DNA of 47,679 nucleotides from a virus. Its lineage: Duplodnaviria > Caudoviricetes. Shown one piece after another: positions 8,164-17,516 of the stretch; positions within the stretch are counted from its first letter, which is position 1; each line of letters begins with the position of its first letter. Location of the stretch: positions 1 to 47,679 of IMG/VR virus record IMGVR_UViG_3300005758_000086. One strand, given 5' to 3'. A program made the position numbers and the translations under genes. A model generated the notes under the pieces. The model saw only the letters and a program-made list of their open reading frames with translations. It had not been told where the DNA came from and searched no databases.

Positions 8164-8935
8164 AAGTTTTTATTGTGATGGAAAATCACGAGTATATGAA
8201 AACTTTTTAACAGAAGAAGAATGCGTAGAACTTTATAATTTTATGCATAACTTTGAATATGATAAATTACAAGAATATAAAATAGCAAGATATTTTAATA
8301 AAAGACAAATAAGCAGAACACAAATGAAAGAACAACCTGGATTTGAAAATATTATGGATACAATTCAGCCAACGTTAAATAAAATAAATGATAGGTTAAA
8401 AAGTATATTAAATGAAGACGATCATGAAACTGATTGGAATATTGGTGAATATATTTTGATGAGAGTTTTTAAAGATGGAATACCTAACGATCATCCAGGA
8501 AATAAAAATGAAGGAATGTTTTTACATGTAGATAATCATGACTGGATGGAAGGTAAAGTTTTTTGGGGTGTTGTTGTTTATTTAAATGATGATTATGAGG
8601 GCGGAGAACTTTATTATCCAGAATATAATCATGAATATAAGCCTAAACGCAAAGATTTAATAATGCATGTAGGAGACATTATTCATGGAGTAAAAGAAGT
8701 AACAAGTGGAACTAGATATGCTGCTACTGTTTTAGTTAGAGTTAAAGGTAAATATAATGAAAAACCATTGCCAGTAAAAGAATATGATTCAGATGGAAGA
8801 TATTTTTATCCACCAGGATATTGGGGTAAAAGAATGCCAGATGATCCAATTCAGGGAGATATAAAGATTCCTAGATCAGATGGAACTTTTGCAGAATATA
8901 ATGATAGTCCAACTTTATATATTCCAAAGGCTTAG
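8156..8935 (+). CDS. prolyl 4-hydroxylase-like 2OG-Fe(II) oxygenase
   Basis: ENFLTEEEC, HVD, YLNDDYEGGEL, HGVKEVTSGTRY. Confidence 0.88.
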   Translation: MNKSFYCDGKSRVYENFLTEEECVELYNFMHNFEYDKLQEYKIARYFNKRQISRTQMKEQPGFENIMDTIQPTLNKINDRLKSILNEDDHETDWNIGEYILMRVFKDGIPNDHPGNKNEGMFLHVDNHDWMEGKVFWGVVVYLNDDYEGGELYYPEYNHEYKPKRKDLIMHVGDIIHGVKEVTSGTRYAATVLVRVKGKYNEKPLPVKEYDSDGRYFYPPGYWGKRMPDDPIQGDIKIPRSDGTFAEYNDSPTLYIPKA

Positions 8936-9468
8936 TATCTTTCCATCCACTCTTTAGTTTTCCAAGTAATGCCTTTCCAAGCAGACCAGTCTTTGCCACC
9001 ATCACTCATATGATAAGCAATCTCTGCATTCTTAACTGGGTTAAATAAGTCTTCATTAGACTTTAAGTTAAACTTTTCCCTTCTTACTTCTCCCATTTCG
9101 CCAAGCATATTGATTTGAAATAGTCCATAAGAGTTATCTCCAGTTTTTCTATTTCCATTAAAAGAGTTTGGGGTACCCATTGACTCTTTCATAACAGTTG
9201 CCCAAGCAACCTTTAATGAATATCCTTCAAATCCTACATGCTTTAATATTTTAATTAGTTCATCTTTTTCAAGAGGGGTTCCATATTTATATTTTTTCTT
9301 AATTTCATTATTTTCCTCCTTAGAAACCGAAAAAACCGCTTTCGCGGTCAGATCTGCGTCATAGACGGAATTATAACTTAAATTATTTTCAGCATTAGCA
9401 GCGGAATTAGCATAAAACGCTATCGCTGCCACTCCTGAGAGTACGCCAATCATTGCCGACTTATTCAT
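8932..9468 (-). CDS. secreted lysozyme-like / SLT transglycosylase
   Basis: ES catalytic motif, DNSYGLFQINM, LFNPVKNA, DWSAW; signal peptide ending ANA-E; AAGGAGG SD supports ATG at 9468. Confidence 0.85.
   Translation of the reverse strand: MNKSAMIGVLSGVAAIAFYANSAANAENNLSYNSVYDADLTAKAVFSVSKEENNEIKKKYKYGTPLEKDELIKILKHVGFEGYSLKVAWATVMKESMGTPNSFNGNRKTGDNSYGLFQINMLGEMGEVRREKFNLKSNEDLFNPVKNAEIAYHMSDGGKDWSAWKGITWKTKEWMERY
9330..9349 (-). terminator. intragenic intrinsic terminator-like hairpin
   Basis: GACCGC-GAAA-GCGG followed by T6 on the minus strand, inside the lysozyme CDS. Confidence 0.6.
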
Positions 9469-9485
9469 GATCGTTTCCTCCTTAG

Positions 9486-9514
9486 AAAACAAAACACCAT
9501 CTTTTAATGGTGTT
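9486..9514 (-). terminator. leader hairpin with U-rich tail (attenuator-like)
   Basis: AACACCAT-N6-ATGGTGTT then TTGTTTT, between the promoter and the SD. Confidence 0.5.
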
Positions 9515-9521
9515 ACTCACC

Positions 9522-9551
9522 AGTATATCAGAAAGTTTATTTTTTTGTCAA
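9522..9551 (-). promoter_or_regulatory. promoter of the lysozyme gene
   Basis: TTGACA, 18 nt spacer, TATACT with TG extension. Confidence 0.7.
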
Positions 9552-9589
9552 ATTTTAACGATTTTCCGTAATTGTGTTATAATAATTTT

Positions 9590-9844
9590 ATGGCATCAGG
9601 ATCAACACCATTAAATAATATACCATATCCTATTAATTCTGACCCAGTAAATGTTCAAGGGGATATGCAGGAAATGGCTGAAAGAATTGATGATGTTTTA
9701 GATGAATTTAATACTATTTTAGATGCACAAGATGCAGAAATTGCAACAATACCAACGTTAATTGCTGAAGCAGGAGTAGAAGAATTGCTTGCTGGTGGAC
9801 TAACTTGGGGACAAATTAAGACTGGCGAATCTCCAACTTCTTAA
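9590..9844 (+). CDS. putative structural protein
   Basis: Leaderless ATG; IPYPINSDPVNVQGDMQEMAERID fibre-attachment-like N-terminus. Confidence 0.6.
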   Translation: MASGSTPLNNIPYPINSDPVNVQGDMQEMAERIDDVLDEFNTILDAQDAEIATIPTLIAEAGVEELLAGGLTWGQIKTGESPTS

Positions 9845-9861
9845 TATGTTATAATTTTACT

Positions 9862-10263
9862 ATGGCAACATTCAGAGGTTCTGGTCAATCATCTTATGAT
9901 ATTGGAGATGCCCCACCACTTGTTAAGTGGACCATTGTAAAAGGTGATACAGCAGCATTTAAGGTATATGTAACAGATGATGCCAAAGTTCCTCTCGTTA
10001 TAGGAGAATGGGACATTAGTGCTGAGTTTAGAAGACCAGATATAGCAGATAATTTTGATCAAGATACCGCTGGAACAGTTTTTACATTAACCCCTGCCCC
10101 AGATGGAGATGACGGGGACGGAGAGTTTACAGTTAAACTAACATCTAATCAGTCTAATCAACTAAGAACTGGAGATGTTTTTGATATAGAATTATCTAAT
10201 CCAGATACAGTTTGGACAGTTGCTCGTGGAAAAATGATAGTTCTAGAAGATGTAACAGACTAA
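9862..10263 (+). CDS. virion structural protein, GDT beta-sandwich paralog
   Basis: KWTIVKGDTAAFKVYV; leaderless. Confidence 0.6.
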   Translation: MATFRGSGQSSYDIGDAPPLVKWTIVKGDTAAFKVYVTDDAKVPLVIGEWDISAEFRRPDIADNFDQDTAGTVFTLTPAPDGDDGDGEFTVKLTSNQSNQLRTGDVFDIELSNPDTVWTVARGKMIVLEDVTD

Positions 10264-10490
10264 TGGCTTCTGTAACAATTTTAAATAAACCCACAGTTAT
10301 TCTTGGAAACCTTGAAAGAAATAATTTTCCTAAAATTTCAATTAAAGAAAAAGATAACAAAAATATAACAATAAATGAATTTCTTGCTTTTAGAGTTAAA
10401 ATTATTGACAAAGATATAGTTTCTTTTGGTGTTAACAATGTTCCTGGAGTAGGTTTGCAAATAATTGGCATTAGTAATTATATTTTATAA
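10263..10490 (+). CDS. hypothetical protein
   Basis: TAATG-coupled start at 10263 (MASVTILNKP) preferred over the 10212 TTG. Confidence 0.6.
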   Translation: MASVTILNKPTVILGNLERNNFPKISIKEKDNKNITINEFLAFRVKIIDKDIVSFGVNNVPGVGLQIIGISNYIL

Positions 10491-10513
10491 AATAATTATG
10501 TTATAATTTAGGC

Positions 10514-10960
10514 ATGTCCCGACTATCAATTTCAACAGTAAAAACCAAGTTTCAAACTGGAGATCGTCCAAGTCAGCAGGACTATGAAGACTTAATAGAT
10601 TCTGCAGCGGCAAATTCAACAGACCTTGGAACGTTTGGTAATAATGAGAATTCAATATCAGGCATTGAAAGTGCAACTGTTATTGATAATTTTGATGCTA
10701 CCGCTTGGCGTTTGGTAAAGTATATGATTTCTATTGCCAAAACATCAGCGGGAGACAATAAATATTATGCTACTCAATTAGATATTTTAATTGATGGTAC
10801 AGATATTAATGTAAATGAATATGGGACTATAGACAATGATGGGAATATTGGCACCATTAGCGTCTCTAAAGTAGGGTCAACAGTAAATATAACTGTTACC
10901 CCAATTGCAGGAATAACGCCAGTCACTGTACGATTTGCTCGTATGGGACTTAAGGCTTAA
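10514..10960 (+). CDS. structural protein
   Basis: FQTGDRPSQQDYEDLIDS N-terminus; C-terminal domain similar to that of 10978..12870; leaderless. Confidence 0.65.
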   Translation: MSRLSISTVKTKFQTGDRPSQQDYEDLIDSAAANSTDLGTFGNNENSISGIESATVIDNFDATAWRLVKYMISIAKTSAGDNKYYATQLDILIDGTDINVNEYGTIDNDGNIGTISVSKVGSTVNITVTPIAGITPVTVRFARMGLKA

Positions 10961-10977
10961 TCCAAAAGGAGATAAAC

Positions 10978-12870
10978 ATGGCAACAGTAAATAAAGACTT
11001 TAAGGTTAAAAATGGTCTTATTGTTGAAGGCACAACAGGTACCATCAATAATTATGATATTTTAACAAAAAGTTCAGCAGACCAAACATACATTGTTGGT
11101 CTTATTGGTGGTGCAGCAACAGATGCAGCAACACCAGATACAGTAGTACTTCGTGATGAAAATGCTGATTTTGCTGCAAATATGATTACAGCAGATCTTA
11201 CAGGTGATGTAACAGGTACCGTATCTGATATTTCAAATCATGATACAGATGCCCTTACAGAAGGTTCTACAAATCTTTATTACACCGATACACGTGCTCG
11301 TGGAGCAGTTTCTGGAGGTACTGGATTAGACTATAACTCAGGTACTGGTGTATTTGATATTGATTCTACAGTAACTACAAATACTGGTACACAAACACTA
11401 GAAAACAAAACAATTTCTTATACAAATAACACAATTACAGTTCAGGTATCAAATGTTTCAGATCTCTCAGCCTCCGCTGCAGAATTAAACACACTTGATG
11501 GAATAACAGCATCTACTGCTGAACTCAACATTCTTGATGGCGTAACTGCAGACTACACTGAACTTAATATCCTTGATGGCGCAACGCTTTCAACAGCAGA
11601 ACTTAATCTTCTTGATGGAGTTACTGCTACAACAACAGAGTTGAACTATGTTGATGGCGTTACAAGTTCTATTCAAACACAATTGGATGATAAGGCACCT
11701 CTTGCATCACCAGCCTTAACAGGAACTCCAACTGCACCTACTGCATCAGCAGGAGATAACAGTACACAAATTGCAACAACCGCATATGTTGAAACTGCTG
11801 TTGCAAATCTTGTTGATGGCGCTCCAGCACTTCTTGATACTCTTAACGAACTTGCTGCTGCAATTAATGATGATGCAAATTTTGCTACAACACTTAGTAC
11901 ATCAATTGGCGAAAAGGTGGCAAAGTCTGGCGACACAATGACTGGCGCACTTACTTTGCATGCAGATCCTTCAAGCAATCTACATGCAGCAACAAAGCAA
12001 TATGTAGACGCAGCCCAATCAGCAGCAGAAAGTTATGCTGATGGACTTGCTGGTAACTATGAAACATCTGGCGCAGTTTCTACACACGCTGGTCTTACAT
12101 CAACACATGGTGTAACTGGTGACATTGTTGGTACATCAGATTCACAAACACTAACCAATAAAACAATTGATGGAAGCAGCAATACACTTTCAAATATTGA
12201 CAATGCTTCACTTACAAACGATTCAATCACTGTAAATGGATACTCAACAGCACTTGGTTCAAGCGTAACTCTTGATACAGATGATGTTTCAGAAGGTGCA
12301 ACAAATCAATATTTCACAGAAAATCGTGCAAAAGATGCAGCAGGATATATTCTTGAAAATGCAACTCAAACAAATATATCTATAACATATGATGAGGGAA
12401 CCCATTCACTTAGCATAACTGCAGAAAATGGTGTTGCTGATTCAACTACTGATGATCTTGATGAGGGATCAACAAATCTATACTTCACAGATGCACGTGC
12501 AGTAACTGCACTTGAAGCAGTAGTTCCAAACTTTACAGCAGTAGAGGTTAATAGTGTTGCTAAGCAAGTTGCTGCATCAGCAGCAGTTGCAACTGCAAGC
12601 ACTGTTACTGCTACATCATGGGCAAAAGCAGACTATCGTACTGCTAAGTTCGTTGTAAAGTTTGAAACAGCAACACATAGCGAAGTTTCTGAAGTTCTTC
12701 TAACATTAGATGCAGCAGATAACGTAGCGATTACTGAATATGCTCTTGTTGGTACAAACGGAAACCTAGGTAACGTTTCTGCTGATGTTAGCGGTTCAGA
12801 TGTAAGACTTCGTGTTACAACACTAAACAATAGTACAGATGTTATGGTGTATGGAACACTTCTAGTCTAA
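10978..12870 (+). CDS. long tail fibre / appendage protein
   Basis: EGSTNLY, AELNILDG, APLASPALTGTPTAPT, APALLDTLNELAAAI and HAATKQYVD fibre repeats. Confidence 0.8.
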   Translation: MATVNKDFKVKNGLIVEGTTGTINNYDILTKSSADQTYIVGLIGGAATDAATPDTVVLRDENADFAANMITADLTGDVTGTVSDISNHDTDALTEGSTNLYYTDTRARGAVSGGTGLDYNSGTGVFDIDSTVTTNTGTQTLENKTISYTNNTITVQVSNVSDLSASAAELNTLDGITASTAELNILDGVTADYTELNILDGATLSTAELNLLDGVTATTTELNYVDGVTSSIQTQLDDKAPLASPALTGTPTAPTASAGDNSTQIATTAYVETAVANLVDGAPALLDTLNELAAAINDDANFATTLSTSIGEKVAKSGDTMTGALTLHADPSSNLHAATKQYVDAAQSAAESYADGLAGNYETSGAVSTHAGLTSTHGVTGDIVGTSDSQTLTNKTIDGSSNTLSNIDNASLTNDSITVNGYSTALGSSVTLDTDDVSEGATNQYFTENRAKDAAGYILENATQTNISITYDEGTHSLSITAENGVADSTTDDLDEGSTNLYFTDARAVTALEAVVPNFTAVEVNSVAKQVAASAAVATASTVTATSWAKADYRTAKFVVKFETATHSEVSEVLLTLDAADNVAITEYALVGTNGNLGNVSADVSGSDVRLRVTTLNNSTDVMVYGTLLV

Positions 12871-12887
12871 AAATTTAGGGGGTACTA

Positions 12888-13355
12888 ATGGCAACAACAG
12901 AAAAAGATTTTAAAGTAAAAAATGGCCTTATCGTAACAAACGGTGGATCATTTGGTGGTGAGGTAACAGTTGCAACACCAACTGTAGGAACCTCTGCTGC
13001 TACTAAAGATTATGTTGATACCGCCGTTGGTACCCCCATAGTTCCAACTCAATCAAGTGCTCCAAGCACTCCAGCAGATGGACAGTTATATTTTGATACA
13101 GATAATAGACACTTATATATTTATTCTTCAGATGCTTCTGAATGGATTGCTTTAGCAACTTTTGAAGATACTGCAGATTTAAGACAACACATCCATGATA
13201 CTTCAATTGATGGCAATGGACTTATTGTTAGCATATTCCAAGACGGTGGCTATTATGATAGTTTGTTTTCATCAGAACAAGATGCAGGATATTATGACAT
13301 GAACAGTTGGGCAATGGAGTGGAACGGTGGCATTGCGATAGATAATTTTAACTAA
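12888..13355 (+). CDS. short fibre-associated protein
   Basis: Shares the KDFKVKNGLIV N-terminus with 10978; AATKDYVD; GQLYFDT. Confidence 0.7.
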   Translation: MATTEKDFKVKNGLIVTNGGSFGGEVTVATPTVGTSAATKDYVDTAVGTPIVPTQSSAPSTPADGQLYFDTDNRHLYIYSSDASEWIALATFEDTADLRQHIHDTSIDGNGLIVSIFQDGGYYDSLFSSEQDAGYYDMNSWAMEWNGGIAIDNFN

Positions 13356-13403
13356 TTATCTGTTATAATAAACAAAGAATGTTTTCTGTAGGAGGAAAAT
13401 AAT

Positions 13404-15557
13404 ATGGCAACAAGAATGCAACAAAGAAGAGGCACAGCAGCCCAATGGACTTCTGCAAATCCAATTTTAAATGCTGGTGAATTTGGTTGGGAGTCTGATA
13501 CTAATAAGTTTAAAATTGGCGATGGAATTAATCACTGGGCAGACCTTGATTATTTCGTTGATTCATCTTCTACAGTAAACCCATCTTTTGGTTCTAGCAT
13601 TACATTTGAAGGCTCAACTTCAGATGCTTACGAAACCACTCTTTCCGTTGTTGATCCTACAGCAGATCGCACTATTACACTTCCTAATGCCACAGGAACA
13701 GTTCTTCTTGCAGATGGTAGTGGCAATGTAACAATTTCAGGTAATTTAACAGTTTCAGGAAGTACTACTACAGTAAATCAAACAGAAGTTAATGTTACAA
13801 ATGCGTTTGTTTTTGAAGGCGCTACTGCAGATGCCTATGAAACAACTCTCAGCATTATTGAACCCACAGCAGATAGAACAATTTATCTCAAAGATGATAG
13901 CGGAACGCTTGCATTTACATCAGATATAACTACAGCAGTTGGACTTTTAAATACTGATATTTCTAATATAAATTCTGCACTGGCAGGAAAGCAAGCAATA
14001 GTCAATAATGTTACAGATACAGAGATTGGCTATCTTGATGGTGTAACATCAGCAATTCAAACACAGTTAGATGCTAAACAAGGAACTGTTGCAGGTGTTT
14101 CAGATACTGAAATAGGCTATCTTAATGGAGTTACCTCATCAATTCAAACACAACTTGATTCAAAGCGCAGTAATTCTGAAGATGTTAATCTTGCTGCAAC
14201 AAAAGTTATTGTCTTTGAAGGTACAACAGATGATGGATATGAGACAACAGTCACAGTAGCAGATCCTACGGCAGATAGAACGATTACACTTCCAGATGCT
14301 ACTGGAACTATTGCAATTTTGGATGCAACACAAACATTTACAAACAAATCAATTTCTTCTTCAAATAATACTATATCTATTACAGCATCTACAGTTTCTG
14401 ATTTTACAGAGGCTGCACAAGATGCAATTGGAAATGCAGTAGGAACTGGTCTTTCATACAATGATTCAACAGGCGCTGTTTCAGTTGATACTACAACAAT
14501 TCAAGAAAGAGTTACAGATGTATCTGATACAGAAATCGGATATTTAAATGGTGTAAGTTCTGCCATTCAAACACAACTTGATGGCAAGGCTTCTTCATCT
14601 CACACACATGCACAATCTGATATTACAAATCTTACAACAGATCTTGCTGCAAAGGCAAATCTTTCAGGAGCAACCTTTACTGGTGCAGTAACTCTTGCTG
14701 CTGATCCATCAAACGCCTTACATGCAGCAACAAAGCAATATGTTGATGCGCTTGCAGAAGGTTTGCATGTTCATGCTTCTGTAGTAGCAGCAACAACTAC
14801 AAACATTAACCTTTCAACAGATGTTGAAAATGGAGATGTTCTTGATGGCGTTACCCTTGCTACAGGAAATAGAATTCTTGTTAAGAATCAATCAACTGCA
14901 TCACAAAATGGTATTTATGTAGTAGCAGCATCTGGCGCTCCATCAAGAGCAACAGATTTTGACTCTCCAGCAGAAATTGATGGTGGAGATTTCTTGTTCG
15001 TAACTGGTGGTACAACAAATGATAATACTGGTTGGGTACAAGTAAATACAGTAGGAACTATTGGAACTGATGCGATTGAATTTACACAATTTGCTGGCAC
15101 TGGAACAATTACAGCAGGAACAAATATTTCAGTTTCTGGAAATCAGGTTTCTGTTGTTAATAATCCAACATTTTCAGGACTTGTAACAGCAACTGCAGCA
15201 GGTGTAGCATTCTCAGACGGCACACAAACCAAAGAGGGTGTACCTTCAAGAACACCAATTGTTCAAAAAACTGATTCATATACATTGTCTTCTCTAACCG
15301 AAAGAGATACATTGATTGAAATGGGCAAGGCAACAGCACAAACTGTTACAATCCCAGCAAACTCTTCAGTAGCGTTTCCAGTAGGAACATCCATTGATAT
15401 TCTACAAACTGGTGCAGGACAAGTAACAATTGCTGGAGCAGGTGGAGTGACAGTAAATGCTACTCCTGGATTAAAATTACGTGCTCAGTGGTCATCTGCA
15501 ACTCTTTTCAAGCGAGCAACAGATACCTGGATAGTAATGGGCGACTTGTCAGCATAA
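13404..15557 (+). CDS. tail fibre with Mtd_N-like N-terminal domain
   Basis: MQQRRGTAAQWTSANPILNAGEFGWESDTNKFKIGDG; internal FEG...DPTADRTI x3 and TEIGYL.GV.S.IQTQLD x3. Confidence 0.85.
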   Translation: MATRMQQRRGTAAQWTSANPILNAGEFGWESDTNKFKIGDGINHWADLDYFVDSSSTVNPSFGSSITFEGSTSDAYETTLSVVDPTADRTITLPNATGTVLLADGSGNVTISGNLTVSGSTTTVNQTEVNVTNAFVFEGATADAYETTLSIIEPTADRTIYLKDDSGTLAFTSDITTAVGLLNTDISNINSALAGKQAIVNNVTDTEIGYLDGVTSAIQTQLDAKQGTVAGVSDTEIGYLNGVTSSIQTQLDSKRSNSEDVNLAATKVIVFEGTTDDGYETTVTVADPTADRTITLPDATGTIAILDATQTFTNKSISSSNNTISITASTVSDFTEAAQDAIGNAVGTGLSYNDSTGAVSVDTTTIQERVTDVSDTEIGYLNGVSSAIQTQLDGKASSSHTHAQSDITNLTTDLAAKANLSGATFTGAVTLAADPSNALHAATKQYVDALAEGLHVHASVVAATTTNINLSTDVENGDVLDGVTLATGNRILVKNQSTASQNGIYVVAASGAPSRATDFDSPAEIDGGDFLFVTGGTTNDNTGWVQVNTVGTIGTDAIEFTQFAGTGTITAGTNISVSGNQVSVVNNPTFSGLVTATAAGVAFSDGTQTKEGVPSRTPIVQKTDSYTLSSLTERDTLIEMGKATAQTVTIPANSSVAFPVGTSIDILQTGAGQVTIAGAGGVTVNATPGLKLRAQWSSATLFKRATDTWIVMGDLSA

Positions 15558-15591
15558 TAAAAATTTGATATACTAGAAAAGAGGAGTAAGA

Positions 15592-16743
15592 ATGGCAACT
15601 AGAGGCAAAGGAATTAGATCGTCTGCACAAGATAATTTTATTGGTCCAGACAATGTAACTGGAGTTACAGCAACAGATGTTGGAACTTCAAGGGCATATA
15701 ATAATGGCGCAATAACTGTTTCTTGGACAAATCCGGCTGCTGGCAATACTCCTACTGGATATTATGTTTATGATGGAGCAACACTAAAAGCAACAATTTC
15801 TCATCCAACATCTACAACAACCATTACTGGTCTATCAAGCAACACATCTTATACTTTTACCGTTAAGGCCTATGATTCGTATGGAACTGCATCAGGAGCA
15901 TCTGCATCTGCAACAGCAACAACAGTTCCAGATACTCCATCAGCACCTACTGTATCTTCTGTTGCAAATGATTCAATAGATGTTGTAACATGGTCTGCTC
16001 CAGCAACAGGCGGTAAAGCAATTACCACATATTATTGGTCATCTTCTGATGGAAAAAGTGGCTCAACATCTTCTACATCTGTAAATGTTGATCAAGAAGA
16101 TGGAACCGCTCAAACATATAATGTTTATGCAGCAAATGCAAATGGAAACTCTAATACTTCTGCAAATTCTGCATCATTTACATCATTTAGTTTTGCCCCA
16201 TTTGGATTCACTCCATTTGGGTTCACTCCGTTTGGATTTACTCCATTCGGATTTACCCCATTCGGATTTACCCCATTCGGATTTACTCCATTTGGGTTTA
16301 CACCATTCTTTTGGCTTGATGGTGGTAATTCATTAGCACCAGAAATTAGTATTGCAGTGTCAAATGAGCAGGAAGATAGTGTTGATTTTATTGATATTGG
16401 TTCTATTCAAACTGGGAATGTTCTTTCATCAATTAATGTTGAAACAAAAGAAAAATCAAACACAATAGTTTCTGCGGTTAATAGATTTGAACAAGACGAG
16501 GCCATGCTAATTGATGGCGATGTTTATACTCTTAATCATAAAATGCTTGTAAGAAAAAATGGCATTGAATTGTTTGAAAATGTTGGAAATATTGATACAA
16601 CATATGAAAAATATTCAACGGTTGAAAATGATTTTGTTTCTATCTTTTCTGTAGAAAAAATTGAAATTCCAGTTTTTGCAATATCTATAGAATGTCAACC
16701 AACAAATAACTATACAACAAATAGCGTTGTTCTTTCTGATTAA
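15592..16743 (+). CDS. fibronectin type III protein with (FGFTP)7 array and C-terminal Hint-like domain
   Basis: Two Fn3 domains (VSWTNP...GLSSNTSYTFTVKAY; VTWSAPATGG); SLAPEISI...TLNH...NYTTNSVVLSD. Confidence 0.75.
   Translation: MATRGKGIRSSAQDNFIGPDNVTGVTATDVGTSRAYNNGAITVSWTNPAAGNTPTGYYVYDGATLKATISHPTSTTTITGLSSNTSYTFTVKAYDSYGTASGASASATATTVPDTPSAPTVSSVANDSIDVVTWSAPATGGKAITTYYWSSSDGKSGSTSSTSVNVDQEDGTAQTYNVYAANANGNSNTSANSASFTSFSFAPFGFTPFGFTPFGFTPFGFTPFGFTPFGFTPFGFTPFFWLDGGNSLAPEISIAVSNEQEDSVDFIDIGSIQTGNVLSSINVETKEKSNTIVSAVNRFEQDEAMLIDGDVYTLNHKMLVRKNGIELFENVGNIDTTYEKYSTVENDFVSIFSVEKIEIPVFAISIECQPTNNYTTNSVVLSD
16186..16305 (+). repeat. coding 15-nt tandem repeat: FSFAP plus (FGFTP)x7
   Basis: Seven units at 16201-16305 that differ only at synonymous positions. 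Confidence 0.95.
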
Positions 16744-16757
16744 ATAAAGGGGATAAT

Positions 16758-17489
16758 TTGAAAAATAAAAACCCTTGGATAAGGTTTAATAACACTTATC
16801 CAAAACTTGTTGATATATTTCCAGATCCAGAGCCAGCATCAAAATATATACCAGATTGGTACAGGCAACAACCTGGATATTATAAAAATGATCAAGGAGT
16901 TTTTGACGGCACACAACATTTGACTGTAAAAAAATGTACTGCATTTTTTGATGTAATGTCTTCAGGATATATGATTTTATCACCAATAGATATTTCTATA
17001 GATACAACAGTTAGTCCACCAGTATTTGATATTCCAACACAATTTAAATCATTAAGAATGCCAATGATATCATTTCACAATGCTCAACAAATATCTCATT
17101 ACCCAATAGATCCTGAAAAAGAAATATCTACTATTCTTAGAATTAACCTAGTTTGGGTAATATCTACAAGTCCAGGAACTAGTTGTTTGTTTGTTGACCC
17201 CCAGCACAAAGATAAGAGTCCATTAAAGGCTGTTTCTGCAATTATAGATACTGATAATTTTTATTCAGATGGTTTGTTTTCTTTTATAGTTCAAAAAGAC
17301 TTTAAAGGTATTATAAAAAAGGGCACCCCATTAGTACAAATACTACCATATAAAAGAGAGTCTTGGACACATGAGGTAGATAATGAGTTTGATCCTGTTG
17401 ATAAATTAAGGCATCAAAGATTTAAAATCCGTAGTGTTTTTAATGGCGGGTATAAAAAATATTTTTGGAATAAAAAAGAATATAAGTAG
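16758..17489 (+). CDS. conserved beta-rich protein (DUF6065/dUTPase-fold-like), function unknown
   Basis: PEPASKYIPDWY, TVKKC..FFD..SSGY, IIDTD, IIKKGTPLVQILPYKRE. Confidence 0.5.
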   Translation: MKNKNPWIRFNNTYPKLVDIFPDPEPASKYIPDWYRQQPGYYKNDQGVFDGTQHLTVKKCTAFFDVMSSGYMILSPIDISIDTTVSPPVFDIPTQFKSLRMPMISFHNAQQISHYPIDPEKEISTILRINLVWVISTSPGTSCLFVDPQHKDKSPLKAVSAIIDTDNFYSDGLFSFIVQKDFKGIIKKGTPLVQILPYKRESWTHEVDNEFDPVDKLRHQRFKIRSVFNGGYKKYFWNKKEYK

Positions 17490-17516
17490 CGTTTAAAATT
17501 TTAAAAAACTCTATGT

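Noticed and set aside
13404-15557. Diversity-generating retroelement suggested by the Mtd_N-like domain
   Set aside because: No reverse transcriptase and no TR/VR pair with adenine-specific mismatches seen; Mtd_N is a common fibre anchor
16186-16305. CRISPR-like array (also 7149-7355)
   Set aside because: The units are adjacent, have no spacers, are in frame and vary only synonymously
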